Shown here in pieces: positions 23,870 to 36,620 of a stretch of DNA of 64,000 nucleotides. The notes below the pieces were generated by a model that saw only the letters and a program-made list of their open reading frames with translations, did not search any database and was not told where the DNA came from. The translations under genes and the position numbers were made by a program. This DNA comes from Azolla caroliniana. Its lineage: Eukaryota; Plantae; Polypodiophyta. The number at the start of each line of letters is the position of its first letter. The first letter of the stretch is position 1. The stretch is from contig JBHGNT010000022.1 of assembly GCA_043228905.1 (NCBI GenBank), positions 4,340,001-4,404,000 on the forward strand, written 5' to 3'.

Positions 23870-26800
23870 CCCTCAAGTTCGGCACATCGAGGTGTCGCAA
23901 CCCAAGCGCACTCAAGAATTACGGCAACTTGTCGAGACCATGGGGCTTGTTGAAAATGTCGGCGGTTTGCCGATCCGTCGGAACATACTGAAGTTCGACT
24001 TCACCGGAGAGGACACGCTAGCAGACAAAGTGGTAGTGAACCTCAATGTGCTTAGTCCGGGCGTGGAACACGGGGTTTTTCGCAAGGTGGATACTACTGA
24101 GGTTGTCACACAAGATCGTCGTTGGATCAAACACCCATACATGCAGATCCCATAATAACCATTTTAGCCAAATGACTTTGCACGTAGCGATAGTCACCCC
24201 TCGATACTCGGCCTCCGTGCTTGACAGTGCGACTATTGGCTGCTTCTTACTGCTCCACGCAATCACCGCACTTCCTAGAGAGAATGCGTATCCAGATGTG
24301 GATCTACGATCGTGGGCGTTTCCGGCCCAATCGGCATCCGTGTAGTCGACTAACTGTTCGGCTATGCCTGCTCAATATAGCAACACCATGTCTTTCGTGC
24401 CACTGACATACCGCAATATTCTTTGTGCGCACTGAAAGTGTTCGCCCGTAGGCTGCAACATGAATTGACTAATCAGTCTAACCGGGTAACTGAGGTCCGA
24501 CCGAGTAATAGTCAAATAGATGAGGCTTCCGACAATTTGTCGGAACCGTGTCGGGTCGCACGCTTTTCCCGAATCTAGGCGAAGCTTCACGTTCCTATCC
24601 AGAGGCGTTGAGATGGGCTTACAGTCTGCCATCCCGAACTTGAAGAGCATATTCAACGCGTAATGACATTGGTTGATCAATACGCCTTCGGGGGTACAGA
24701 TCACTTCGATCCCGAGGAAGTAATGAAGGTCCCTTAGGTCCTTCATGTCAAATGATGCTGCGAGTTGGAGCTTTACGTGGTCAATTTCACCTAGGTCTGC
24801 ACCGGTGATGACCAAGTCATCAACATAAAGTAAAATACTAACTGCCCCGAGTCGACCTTGCCGAATGAACAGTGAAGAGTCCGATTTGGACGTCGCAAAT
24901 CCCATCCGACGCAATCAATGCATGATTTTTGCATTCCAAGCATGCGGGGCTTACTTTAGTCCGTAAAGGGACTTCTTCAATCGGCAGTCTGCTGAAGTGT
25001 TCATTCCGGAGTGAAATCCGGGGGGCTTGTACCATGTACACCTATTCCTCAAGCTTGCCTTGCAAGAATGCATTCTTGACATCCACCTGATGTAAATGCC
25101 ACCCCTTCCTCACTGCTACGGCTAGAAGAACACACACAGTAGTCATCTTCATGACAGGCGCGAAGGTCTCGTCGTAGTCCATGCCGTGCTTCTGCGCATA
25201 GCCTTGTGCTACTAATCGGGCCTTGTATCTGTTGGCCGAGCTGTTGGTGTTGTACTTGACCTTGTACACCCACCTACATCCGATCAGCTTCACACACTTT
25301 GGTGCGTCAACCAAGTCCCAAGTTTCCTTCTCCGCCAATGCGTGCATCTCTTCCTCCATTGCGGCACACCAATTTGCGTCCTTCGCCGCTTCTACGTAGC
25401 TCTCTGGCTCACGCACTTCCGCTACACACATCATGTACGCATACTGATGCGCCATGTACTCGTTGTATCCGAACCGCACACCAGGGTTCTTCTGGCATGT
25501 AGATCGGCGTAATTGCTCATTAACCGATGTTGAGGCTTTCTTGGTCGACGCGGACTTCGCACTTGAAAGCTCGTCATCGCTCTTCTCGGAGTCAGATTCG
25601 CATCGATTCGACTGGAACTTATCGGTACCATACTCTGGTAGCTTCTTCTTCCCTTTTTCCTTGTGCGTAAACTGTCTCCTCGGCTTCCTACGCGGGGAAT
25701 GCACGGCCGAGTCTCCACTATTCGCCGGCTCTTCTTTGGACTAGTCAAACTAATCCAGTCGCTTGTTCGGTTAACTTAGCCGAAATGAAATCGGACTTTC
25801 ATCGAGGGTCTTGATTTCGTGGTCATCCAGAGTCATTTCAGCCTTGCTGACCTCATTGTCAGAACTCGGGTCTAGAGGTCCAGAGTTGGTGTTGAGCTCC
25901 GGAGTTGGAGGCAAGTACCAGGACGCGGACTCGTTAAACGCAACCTCAAGGCTCACACGAGCTTGTTTGGTTCGGGGGTTATAACACTTATAACCCTTCT
26001 ATTCGTCCAAATAGCCGACCAAGATACACTTCTCGGCTTTCGCGTCCAACTTCCTCCGTTTCTCGTTCGGCACATGCACATACGCAATCCTACCGAAAAC
26101 TCTCAAGTGTCGTAGATTCGGCTTTCTTCCAAAATACAGGTCATGCGCCGACACTTTGTCTCCGATCCGATTCTGGATGTAGACCGCAGTTCGTACCATT
26201 TCGGCCCAATAGAACTTGGGCAGGCTCTTTTCTTCCACCATAGCCCGCACCGCTTCCACAACCGACCGATTTTTCCTTTCGGCTATGCTGTTTTGGTCCA
26301 ACGGATACCTATAACTAAATTCGCGCCGAATTCCCATTTGTTGCAGATAACTATTGAATTGGCCGGAAAAGTACTCTTTTCCACCATCCAACGGCAAACA
26401 CTTGATCTTTCTCCCTGTTTCCCTTTCTACAAAGCTTTTGAGCTCCCAGAAACAGTAGAAGACTTCACTCTTCTTTTCAATGAGATAGATCCACGTGTGC
26501 CACGTGTAGTAATTGATGAAGGAGACAAAATATCGCCTCCCGCCAAGACTAACATTCTGTGTCGGCCCCCCTACATTTGAATGTATCAAGTCGAGCTTGT
26601 TCCGGCTCCAGTTATGCTCGTTGGGGAAAGGAAGTCGGTGTCGCTTCCCTAGCTGGCAGGCTTCACAAATTTGGGCCTTCCGGCCACTAAATTTGGGCAA
26701 TCCGAACACAACTTGTTTCGATTGGAAGTCCTGAAGCCTTTGATACTTGACGTGGCCTATCCGCTTGTGCCACAAGTCGATATCCGACTCAACTTTTTGT

Positions 26801-28100
26801 CCTTTTGCGAACATTGCGGTGCCAACGTCGTTGGTGTTGAGGATAAACATTGTCCCGTCTCTACACCCTTGCTCAATAACTTGGCCTTCCTCCTCGATGA
26901 AGCACCCGAGATGCGTGAACCGGACTTGTATCCCCTGGTCGACGATCTGCCCGACCGACACCAGATTCTTCGTGATTGTCCGGACGTGTAACACGTTCAT
27001 GAGTTTCCCATTTTGCCCAACATGGCTCAGGGGAATTTCACTAACATTCTCGATCGGATGCGGAGTGTCGTCTCCTGTTGCGACTACTCCCGGTTGCATC
27101 AGTTTCTCAAGGTATGAGAACCACTCCTTATGGCTAGTCATATGGTTTGACGCGCCGAAGTCAACGTACCACACCTCGTCTGATTTTGAGGTGGTCTTCT
27201 TCATCGAGTTCGCCTCGTGTCTCGTCACGAAGGCTGCCCCCTTCCTGACTTCTTCGAATTCTTCGGTGTAGTGCGATCGTTGTCGATTTCCTTTGTCGGT
27301 CTGTCCGTATCCAGTTCCGGTTTTCTCCGAATCGGCGCACTTATTCCAACACTCACTCTCCTTGTAGCCTTTCTTGCCACAATACCAACATTCCGTGATA
27401 GGTTTCCCTTGCCGGTTCTCGTCGCCTCGACTCCCCCTGTTTCGAGAGGGTTCAGAATTGTTGTTGGCATCACTTTGGTGCCTTCTTCCTGGATCCCGTC
27501 GGCCGCCTCCATTGCGCACCGACTCGCCTCCTCCGCCACGACCATGGGGCCTAAATCCGCGTGGTTCTCCTCTATAAGGAGCATCGACTGTAGGTCGAAA
27601 AATGATAACGTATTCTCCCGTGTGCACATAGCAGCTCGGAACGCTCCGAAGTTCGACACCAGTCCCGTGAGACAAATCTGCACCATCCCGCCTTCCTCAA
27701 CATTCACATCGATGGAGGCTAAGGAGTCACATATATCTTTGATCTTCGTGGTGTAATCAACCACCGACAAATCATGTTGTCGCAAGTTGCTCAACTCCTG
27801 TCGGAGTTGGAGCTTTCTCGCTGTGGTGCTTGCGGCGAAAATCTTTTTCAGATTTCCCGAAGCATCCTTTGGCGTTTTCGCATCCCAAATATAGCTCAAA
27901 AGTTGTTCGCCCACACAAGACGAAGCAGTAGAGAACTCTGCTCGCCGACTATTACCAAGCCGGGAAGTCTTTTTGTGTCGAAACGGGTGCTGTGTCATTT
28001 GCTCCGTCGACATAGCTCCAATATCCATGCCCGAGCAGGTACTTGTGCATCTTGTACGACCAAGACGCGTAGTTGTTTCTGTCGAGCTTCTCGGTCAAAA
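23870..28100 (-). pseudogene. A2 copia gag-pol
   Basis: CWYCGKKGY knuckle, WYVDFGASNHMT, LWHKRIGH, integrase core, DVKNAFL, YVDD and KHIEVHYHF, with stops and frameshifts. Confidence 0.9.
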
Positions 28101-28302
28101 GCGAGCTAGCCATGCCTCTATCCATTTTGTTTTCCCTGATCTTTACAAAGCTTAGGTTTTCTTCACAAGATAAGGTCGGTTGCAGAGGTTCTCAACCCTC
28201 ACGCCCTCATACCATGTAAGAGAAGAACGTGTGGAAGCAATAGAAAACCAAACGTACGAAAAACACAGGTTTACTGGAGAGCTTGGACACAGACAGTACA
28301 CA

Positions 28303-28338
<36 letters not shown>

Positions 28339-29727
28339 GATCAATACACACACCTCTACTTCAAAATAATAATGCTCAATTTGTACATAGGATGTGCTCA
28401 GTGAGCACTTTTATACAAGTCCATACGGACTGATAGAAGTACTGACACGTACTTCAATGCTCATAATTGAGCTCTATACTAGCTCCCAAAATATATTCCT
28501 ACGCGGAATATCTTTCCAATGGCCTCGCAGTTTACGCACCGTTATGGCTTCTCCTTACGCACTGGCTTGCGTACCAGTTTACGCACCCGTCTGGCCTAAC
28601 CGATCGGTCCCAACCGATCCGGTTCTCGGCTTGCACAGCCGATCCGGCCAATGTTGAGATTGTAGCTCAACAATTTTTTTGTGTACTCTCCACTTCCCAT
28701 TTCTATGTTTGATTCTTATAGAAGTGATTTACTACTCGGTTGTGGCCGAGCGATATTCCGTGCATTTCTCTTCATTCCAGAGGTGAAAGACGTGCAACTT
28801 GAGAAGTGCACCGATTGCTTGGTCGGCAAGCAGAAGCGAAGCTTTTTCCAGTCGAGTCCACCGTCAAGATGGAATGCACCACTAGAACTTGTGCATACTG
28901 ATGTATGCCAAGTGGACACGAAGTCACATGCTGGATCACAGTACTTCGTGACGTTCATAGACAACCACAACTAGAAGATGTGGGTCTCACCGTTGAAGAC
29001 GAAGGATCAGGTGTTGTCTTTCTTCAAGGAATTCAACGTGAGGGTGGAAAGGGAAACAAGCCGGAAGCTAAAGGCGGTTCGAGCGGACAACAAAGGAGAA
29101 TACCGGGGGCAGATCTAGGAATACTATCGATTGAAGGGAATCCGGCTCAAATTTACTGTTCCAAAGACGTCAAAATTAAATGGATTGGTCAAAAGGATGA
29201 ACCGAACCATCATGGAGAGAGTTTGGATCATGTTGGCACATGTTGAGTTGCCCAAGACGTTTTGGGATGAGGAGATAATGACAGTGACGTACGTGATAAA
29301 CAGATCACCCTTAGTGCCCTTGGAAGGAGACTCACCGTAGAAAGTATGGACAGGTAAAGATGTGTCTTACCGTCATCTAAAGGTGTTCGGATGTCTCACT
29401 TACGTGCATGTTGCAAAGGACAAGAGAGAAAAGTTGGATCCGAAGTCTTGGCCATGCATATTCCTTGGATACGATGCTGATGAGTTCGGCTACCGAGTGT
29501 GGGACATGGTCGACAAGAAGGTCTTCCAGAGTCAAGACATAGTCTTCATGGAAGACGAGAACATTGCCAACTGGGAGTCGGAGAAGAAAAGAATGCACTT
29601 TGGGTCAACCAATACAGATCGGTTGGGAAGATTTTAGGAGACATCCGGTCCGAAGCCGGATGTCAAAAGAGGACCATGATAATCCGGCCGGATTAGGACA
29701 AGAAACGGAACTGATCGAGGAAGAAGA

Positions 29728-30374
29728 TAACAAGAACTATGCGTTCCTGATGAACAACACTCGGCCACAACCAAGCTTAGAATCAAACACAAAAAACGAG
29801 AATGAATGCACGACACAATGGAGAGAAGAGTACACAGGATGTTTACGTGGAAAACCCTAACACGGGAAAAACCACAACAGTCCACTGACTGCTAACTATC
29901 ACTATGTAACAATATACAATAGATGAACACAGAGGCAACGACCTCTTGTTCACTGTCTTCGCCACAGGCGACAGTTACAATAGAGATACGAACTCTTCGT
30001 TTCTTTCTCTCTCTCTCTCTGTACACTGTTGCGCTCTAATCTTGCGCCAACAAGAATGACAACAACAAATACTAAGTTTGCCCTAAGTCATATTTATACT
30101 AATATGAATTTTCATCTATTTACAAATATAGCCCCGATGGACTCTCAGAAAAACATATTTACGAATATGTCCCTTCATCCGGTGAGCACTCCTCACCGGG
30201 CCCGCATCATCCGGTGCTTGCCTGGCACTCATCATCCGGTTCTCACCGGGTCTTCCGTTTCCGGGTACTCCTCATCCGGTTCTCACCGGGTCTTCCGTTG
30301 CCAGGTACTCCTCATCCGGTTCCCATCAACACTGTTCTTCTTACTTCCCATCCGGAGGGACCTGTTTCCTAACA
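29728..30374 (-). mobile_element. Solo LTR of copia family B inserted in B1
   Basis: TSD GAAGA (29723-29727 and 30375-30379); homologous to 4477-5237. Confidence 0.9.
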
Positions 30375-31466
30375 GAAGAATCAGACACAAGAACCGGACA
30401 AGACCCTGAATCGGATTCAGATGAAGAACCAACGAAGGAACCAGTGGCCGAAGACCAAGGAAGGAGATATCTTCTTAGGGAGAGAAGAGCACCCAGAAGA
30501 TTTCCGGATGTAGAGCATGTGTTAAGTGCCATGCAGGATGAGATTGATTCCATGCATGAGAACCACACATATGAATTGCTAGAGCTGCCGAAAGGAAAGA
30601 GAGCGCTCCAGAACAAGTGGGTGTACAAGCTGAAACCAGGAAACTTCGGAAATCCACCAAGGTATAAGGCCTGCATTGTGGTGAAGGGCTTCCAGCAAAA
30701 GAAAGGAGTGGACTTCGATGAGATCTTTGCCCCGATAGTGAAGATGACATCCATCCGTACGGTGTTGAGCATAGCGGCAAGCATGGCCCTCCGGGTAAAG
30801 TTGGTAGACGTCAAGACGACGGTCCTACATGGTGACCTCAAAGAAGAGATTTACATGCAACAATTGAAAGGGTTTGTCAAGAAAGGGAAGGAGCACCTGG
30901 TATGCCAGTTGAAGAATAGCTTATACGGACTGAAGCTAGCTTCTCGGCAATGGTTCCGGAAGTTCGACTCCTTCATGACCGACAAAAGGATACCACAAGA
31001 TGTAGGCCAACCACTGCATATTTATGAAGAAGTTCGATGGAGGAGACTTCTTGATACTACTGTTGTATGTGGACGACATGTTGATTGTTGGACGGGACCG
31101 TATCAAAATCAGAATGCTAAAGAAGGTTTTGAGCCAGTCATTCGCAATGAAAGATATGGATCCGACAAGACAGATCCTAGGGATGCACATAGTCCGGGAC
31201 CGGTCGAAGAAGTAGTTGTGGCTGTCATAGGAAACGTACGTGACAAAGGTGCTTCAAAGGTTCAGCATGTCGGATGCTAAGCCGGTCGGGTCGACACTTC
31301 TGGCAAATTGCAAGCTGTCTGGAAAGCTAAGTCCGAAGAACAAGATGGAGAAGTCAGTGATGATGAAGATACCTTATGCCTCTGTTGTCGGAAGCTTGAT
31401 GTACACAATGGTGTGTACTTGGCCGAACATTGGATATTTTGTCGGAGTGGGCAACTGGTTCATGAG

Positions 31467-34415
31467 TGTAAAAGAATACGTGCGGAAGCTTAATAGACAC
31501 AACCGGGTAACAAGAAACAAAAGACAAAGAGGATGAGGAAGGTTCAATGCAGAGCTTAATCAACACATCGTACGCAGGAGACACAAAAAGAGCAGAACAC
31601 AGAAAACTCTATTCCAAAACAATACTCTAAAACTTAGTACGTAGGATGTGCTCAGAGAGCACTTTTATACAAGTCCATACAGAATGACAAAAGTACTGAC
31701 ACGTACTTCAATGCTCATCAATGAGCCTCTACACGAACTCCCAAAATATATTCCTCTGCGAAATATCTGTCCAATGGCCTTCCGATTTACGCACCCAGTC
31801 TACGCACTAGTTTACGCACCGGTTTACGCACCTAGTCTAATGTTGAGCTTGTATCTCAACACTCCCCCTCAAGCTCAACTTGAGGTTCCGCCTGCTCTTC
31901 CGGATCTTTGATCCGGTTTCTCCTGGCTTCACGCCTTGCTCGCGCTCCTCGACCCGTTCGATTCCACGTGCCTCAACCCTTTCGGTCGGCTTGTCTGCTC
32001 GTGCTGCCTTTCTCAGCTCCCTTGCTATCGTGGTATTGGCACCTCTTCTGCTGCCCTTTCCTCCACTTGTCCTTAAGTTGATTCAGCATCTCCGAATCGA
32101 ACATTCAAATTGAATCAGCTATCTCTTATTTGTTTCCGCTCTTGCCCGAATTGGCTTTCTCCAATTCGTCTTCTGTCTTCAGGCCCTTAACCACATCAGA
32201 CCAAGTCTTGGTCTTGGCCTTGTCGCCCTTCTTGGCTTAAAATCCCCCCTTGTTTGGCTGACTTAGGCTCTTCCCTTCGGTTGTTGCCCTTCTTTCCGCC
32301 ATTGGCTTCTTCAGCCGACCCGAAATCGAATTCTTCATCTGACTCAGCTTCGCGCTCACTTCCGCTCCGTTCATGCCCCCTTCCCTGGTCTTTTCTTCCC
32401 CTCAAGTTCGGCACATCAAAGTGCCGCAAACCAAGTGTACCCGAGAATTTCCGCAACTTGTCAAGACCAAGGGGCTTGGTGAAGATGTCGGTAGTCTGCC
32501 GATCCGTCGGAACATACGCGAGTTCGACTTCAACTAAGAGGACACGATCACGGACAAAATGGTAGTGCACCTCAATGTGCTTGGTCCGGGCGTGGAAGAA
32601 GGGGTTTTTCGTAAGTTGGATGTTGTTGAGGTTGTTGCAGTAGATCATCGTCTGAGCGCACACCTCCACCTGCAGATCCTTGAGTAGCCTCTTCAGCCTA
32701 ATGGCTTTGCATGTCGCAATAGCCGCTCCTCGAGACTCAGCCTCCGTGCTTGACAGTGTAACTATCGACTACTTCTTGATGCTCCAGGCAATCGTGGTGC
32801 TCCTGAGCGAGAAAGCAAACCCAAATGTGGATCTGCAATCGCCGGCATTTCCAACCCAATTGGAATCCAAGTAGCCGACTAGTTGTTCGGCAATATCGGT
32901 CCGATATAGGAGCACCCTATCCTTAGTGTTGAGGACATACTGCAATATCCTTTGCGCGCACTGAAGGTGTTCGGTCGTGGGCTGCGACATAAATTGATTG
33001 ATCATGCCGACCGGGTAACTGAGATCCGGCCGAGTGATCGTCAAATAAATTAGGCTTCTAACAATCTATCAGAATCGTGTCGGGTCGCACGCCTTTCCCG
33101 AATCTCGGCGAAGCTTGATGTTTCGTTCCAGAGGAGTTGAGATGGACTTACAATCGGCCATCCCGACTTGAAGAGCATACTCAACACGAAACATCGTTGG
33201 CTGATCAGTATGCCCTCGGGGGTGCAGATCACTTCGATCCCTAGGAAGTAATGAAGGTCCCCTAGGTCCTTCATGTCGAATGATGCCGCGAGCTAAGACT
33301 TTACGCGGCCGATTTCTTCTAGGTCAGCGTCGGTGATGACTAAATCCTCAACATAAAGTAGAATACTAACCAGTCCACATTGACCTTGCCGGACGAACAA
33401 TGAAAAGTCTGATTTGGACGTCGCAAAACCCATCCGACGCAGGCGTTGTGTGATCTTTGCGTTCCACACACACGCGGCTTGTTTTAGTCCATAGAGGGAC
33501 TTCTTCAGTTGCCATACTGACGAATTGTTCCTTCCGGACTGAAATTTGGGGGGTTGTACCATGTACACCTATTCCTTAAGTTCTCCTTGCAGGAATGCAT
33601 TCTTTACATCCATCTTATGTAAATGCAACCCCTTTACCGCAGCTGTCGAAAGCAAGACATAGACGGTTGTCATCTTCGCAACAGGCACAAAGGTCTCATC
33701 ATAGTCGATGTTGTGCTGTTGTTGTGTATCCCTTCTCCACTAACCGTGCCTTGTAGCGGTTGACAGAGCCATCAATGTTGTACTTGACCTTGTACACCCA
33801 CCTTCATCCAATCGGCTTTACACCATTCGGGGCATCAACCAGGTCCCAGGTTTCATTTTCCACTAATGTGTGCATCTCTTCCTCCATTGCGGCACGCCAA
33901 GTTGCGTCCTTCGCCGCTTCTACGTAGCTCTTCGGCTCATGCACTTCCACCACTCGCGACGTGTACGCGGAATGTTGCGCCATGTACTCATTGTATCCAA
34001 ACCGCACCACGGGGTTCTTCTAGTAGGTGGATTGGTGTAATTGCTCATAAGCCGATTTTGAGGCCCTGTTGACCGAGGCGGACTTCGTTTCAGAAGGTCC
34101 ATCTTTGTTCTTCTCTGAGTCGGATTCGCTTCGATCTGACTCGTCTTTATCAATGCCGTACTCTGGCATCTTCTTCTTTCCCTTCTCTTTGCGTGTAAAC
34201 CGTCCCCTCGGCTTCCTGCACGGGGATTGGACGGCCGAGTCTCCACTACTCGTCGGCTTTGCGTCTTACTGGTCATGCTGACTCAGTCACTCATTCGGCC
34301 CACTTAGTCTGAAGGAGATCGGATCCTCTTCAAGAGCTCCGATGTCTCCTTTGTCCTGAGGCATTTCAGTCTCGCTGACCTATTCGTCAGAGATCGGAAT
34401 GGAGTCGTCAGGGGT
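31467..34415 (-). mobile_element. Copia element A3, 3' part (3' LTR 31467-31861, RH, RT)
   Basis: LTR similar to the A2 LTRs, PPT 31862-31870, RT and RH motifs; truncated by element D. Confidence 0.88.
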
Positions 34416-34417
34416 TG

Positions 34418-35700
34418 TGTTGGTTAATGTCTACAGTTATGCGGAAGTGTGTGTTCGGATCTTATGGCTATGAACAACAAACAACATACACAGAGAAGAT
34501 AGAGAAGGTAGATATAGACTTACACAGATGGAGCTTTAATGGAAAGCTTCTTATTTCTGCACAACGCGTTTTCTCTCTCAGAGATTACAATCATCTGCTC
34601 GTCATCGTCATCGTCATCGTCTGTCATTATAATGTTAGGTATTTGCTTATATACTAAGCCCTAACTTATTAACAAGTTCATACTCGAATGGATACACTTG
34701 GAAGGAGTCGGCCTTTTATGCCAATAAACTCCCCCGTAAAAGGACTACTCTTTCTTGCATGTACAAGTGCTTGGGGTTATCTCCCCTGTAAACTTAGACT
34801 ACAAATTTAACTAGATCTTATGTTACAAGTCTGTCGGCAAGTAGCGGAGTCAGCTGAGGTATAGTATCAGTGTCAGTCAGCTCTTACCTTCTGCTCCTCG
34901 TTCGGCTTTCTTCTACTCGGTCGCTTGTCGTAGCCCCATCTTCATCCTTAGCATTCCGAAGCTTTGATCTGGGAGTGGCTTCATCAGGCAATCGGCGATG
35001 TTCACCTCGGTGTCGAGTTTCTTCTCGGTCACGAGCTCCTGGATATGATGATGGGTTTCTCTGAGTCGGATACATACTTGTATCGGAACACCCATTTGCA
35101 AGGTAACGGCTTTCTTCCTACTAGTAGTTTGACCAACTCCCATGTCTGATTCTGATGAATTGAGTCCATTTCGGATTTCATGGAGTGCAGCCATGTTTCG
35201 GCGTCCAGTGCGGCCATAACTTCGTCATACGTGCTTGGTTCGCATGCATCCGTGTAGTTGACGTAGTAGAGGCCTGGTTGATACAAATCTGTTTGCCTTT
35301 GAGCTCGTCCAGATCTCCTGGGTGCCTTGATATCTCGTTCGGATTCTTCGATCGGTTCGGATTGACAATTGGCATTTGTTGAACTAGTTGAGTCAAGAGT
35401 CTTGTTTAGTATTCCACCCCCGGTTTGGGATTTCGGCGGTGTCTGGTTGTTCTCCCCGGCGGTTGTTGTCGACTCTTTTCTGACTTGTCCCTTGTTGACT
35501 CTACCTTGATCGACCTTCGTCGATTCGGCTATGTCTTTGATGACATTGTTTGTGAGTTCCACGTTGGGACTTATTGCCAATTCGGTGTCGGTTGGTTGGA
35601 GTTCAACTGTCTGTTGACTCTTTGATTCGGCCCTGTTGATCGATATTTCTACAATGACATTGTCTTCTTCGAAGGATACCTTCTTACCTACTGTTTTCTG
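34418..35700 (-). mobile_element. Copia element D fragment (3' LTR about 34418-34726) with RT deleted
   Basis: EPSTYDE..SIHQNQTWELV..CKWVFRYK is joined directly to the RNase H end HHIQELV..NIADCLMKPL; PPT near 34729-34736. Confidence 0.75.
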
Positions 35701-36620
35701 CTTTCACAGGTGGCAACGGTAGCGCCCTGGTATTCAGCCTCAGTGCTTGAAAGGGCCACTGTTGGCTACTTTTTGCTGCTCCACGCAACAACTGCGCTAC
35801 CAAGGGAAAACATATAGCCGGAGGTGGATCGACGATCCGATGCATCGTCGGCCCAGTCGGCATTGGTGTAGCCGACTAGCTCTTCGGTTATACCATGCCA
35901 GTATAACAATCCCCGTTCCTTCGTGCCGCTCACATCTCGCAAAATTCGATGTGTGCATAGAAGGTGCTCCACGGTCGGCTTCTAGATATATTGGCTGATC
36001 AGCCCAACTAGATAACTAATGTCGGGTCGGGTGATTGACAAATATATGAGGCTTCCGACGATTCGTCGGAACCGCTTCTCATCGCATGCCAGTCCGGGAC
36101 TCGGGACGGAGCTTCTGGTTCCGGTCTAGGGGTGTGGAGTGTTAAGAGTCTATTACTAATCAATAGACCAAATCAAGTAAAAAGGAAGAAAATAGATTGG
36201 ATAGAAGAACCCGTTCCACCCGACCACCCCCGAGCTATGATCTAGACATAGCCAACCTACCACCGACGTCCCATACCGCCGGATATTAGGATGACTAATA
36301 CCTTGGAAGAGATAAACACGATCGTCGAGACGAAAGCCTAGCCCGCACCACCGGTGTCTACGACAGCAGCCTTCCGACGTGATGATCCCTATGAGGGTAG
36401 CTAAGCCTCATATTTATACCTTTTCCTAGGCCCCTTGAATAGAGGTGCCTTTCTAAAAGGCTCTCTATTCATTGGTTGTCTAAATCATGATAGTGCATGC
36501 ACATATCATTCATTCTATCCAATCATTAGTCCCCTTTTTAATAATAGTGAACATACCCTTCACTAATGTAAATATTAGTGACCTACCCTCACCAACGTTA
36601 TGTGTACATAACATACTCCC

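Larger units (their letters stand above)
12753..28672 (-). mobile_element. Copia element A2, full length but decayed; 5' LTR 28215-28672, 3' LTR 12753-13174
   Basis: TSD ATTTT on both sides, LTR pair, degenerate PBS 28204-28214, PPT 13175-13183, gag-PR-INT-RT-RH order at about 28100-23870. Confidence 0.9.
10473..28774 (+). mobile_element. Copia element B2, internally deleted; 5' LTR 10473-10986, 3' LTR 12285-12752 plus 28673-28774
   Basis: LTR pair, TSD TTCCG/TTCCA, PBS TGGTATCAGAGC 10990-11001, PPT GTGAAGGGGGAGA 12271-12283; gag N-terminus joined to RT C-terminus and RNase H near 11410. Confidence 0.9.
9213..31466 (+). mobile_element. Copia element B1 (gag-PR 9213-10472, INT-RT 28775-31466), outermost host of the nest
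   Basis: CCHC knuckle and WVVDSGAS; the pol sequence DNLIP at 10472 resumes as IPEVKDVQLEKC at 28775; INT HTDVC, RT YVDD; cut at 31466 by A3. Confidence 0.9.
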
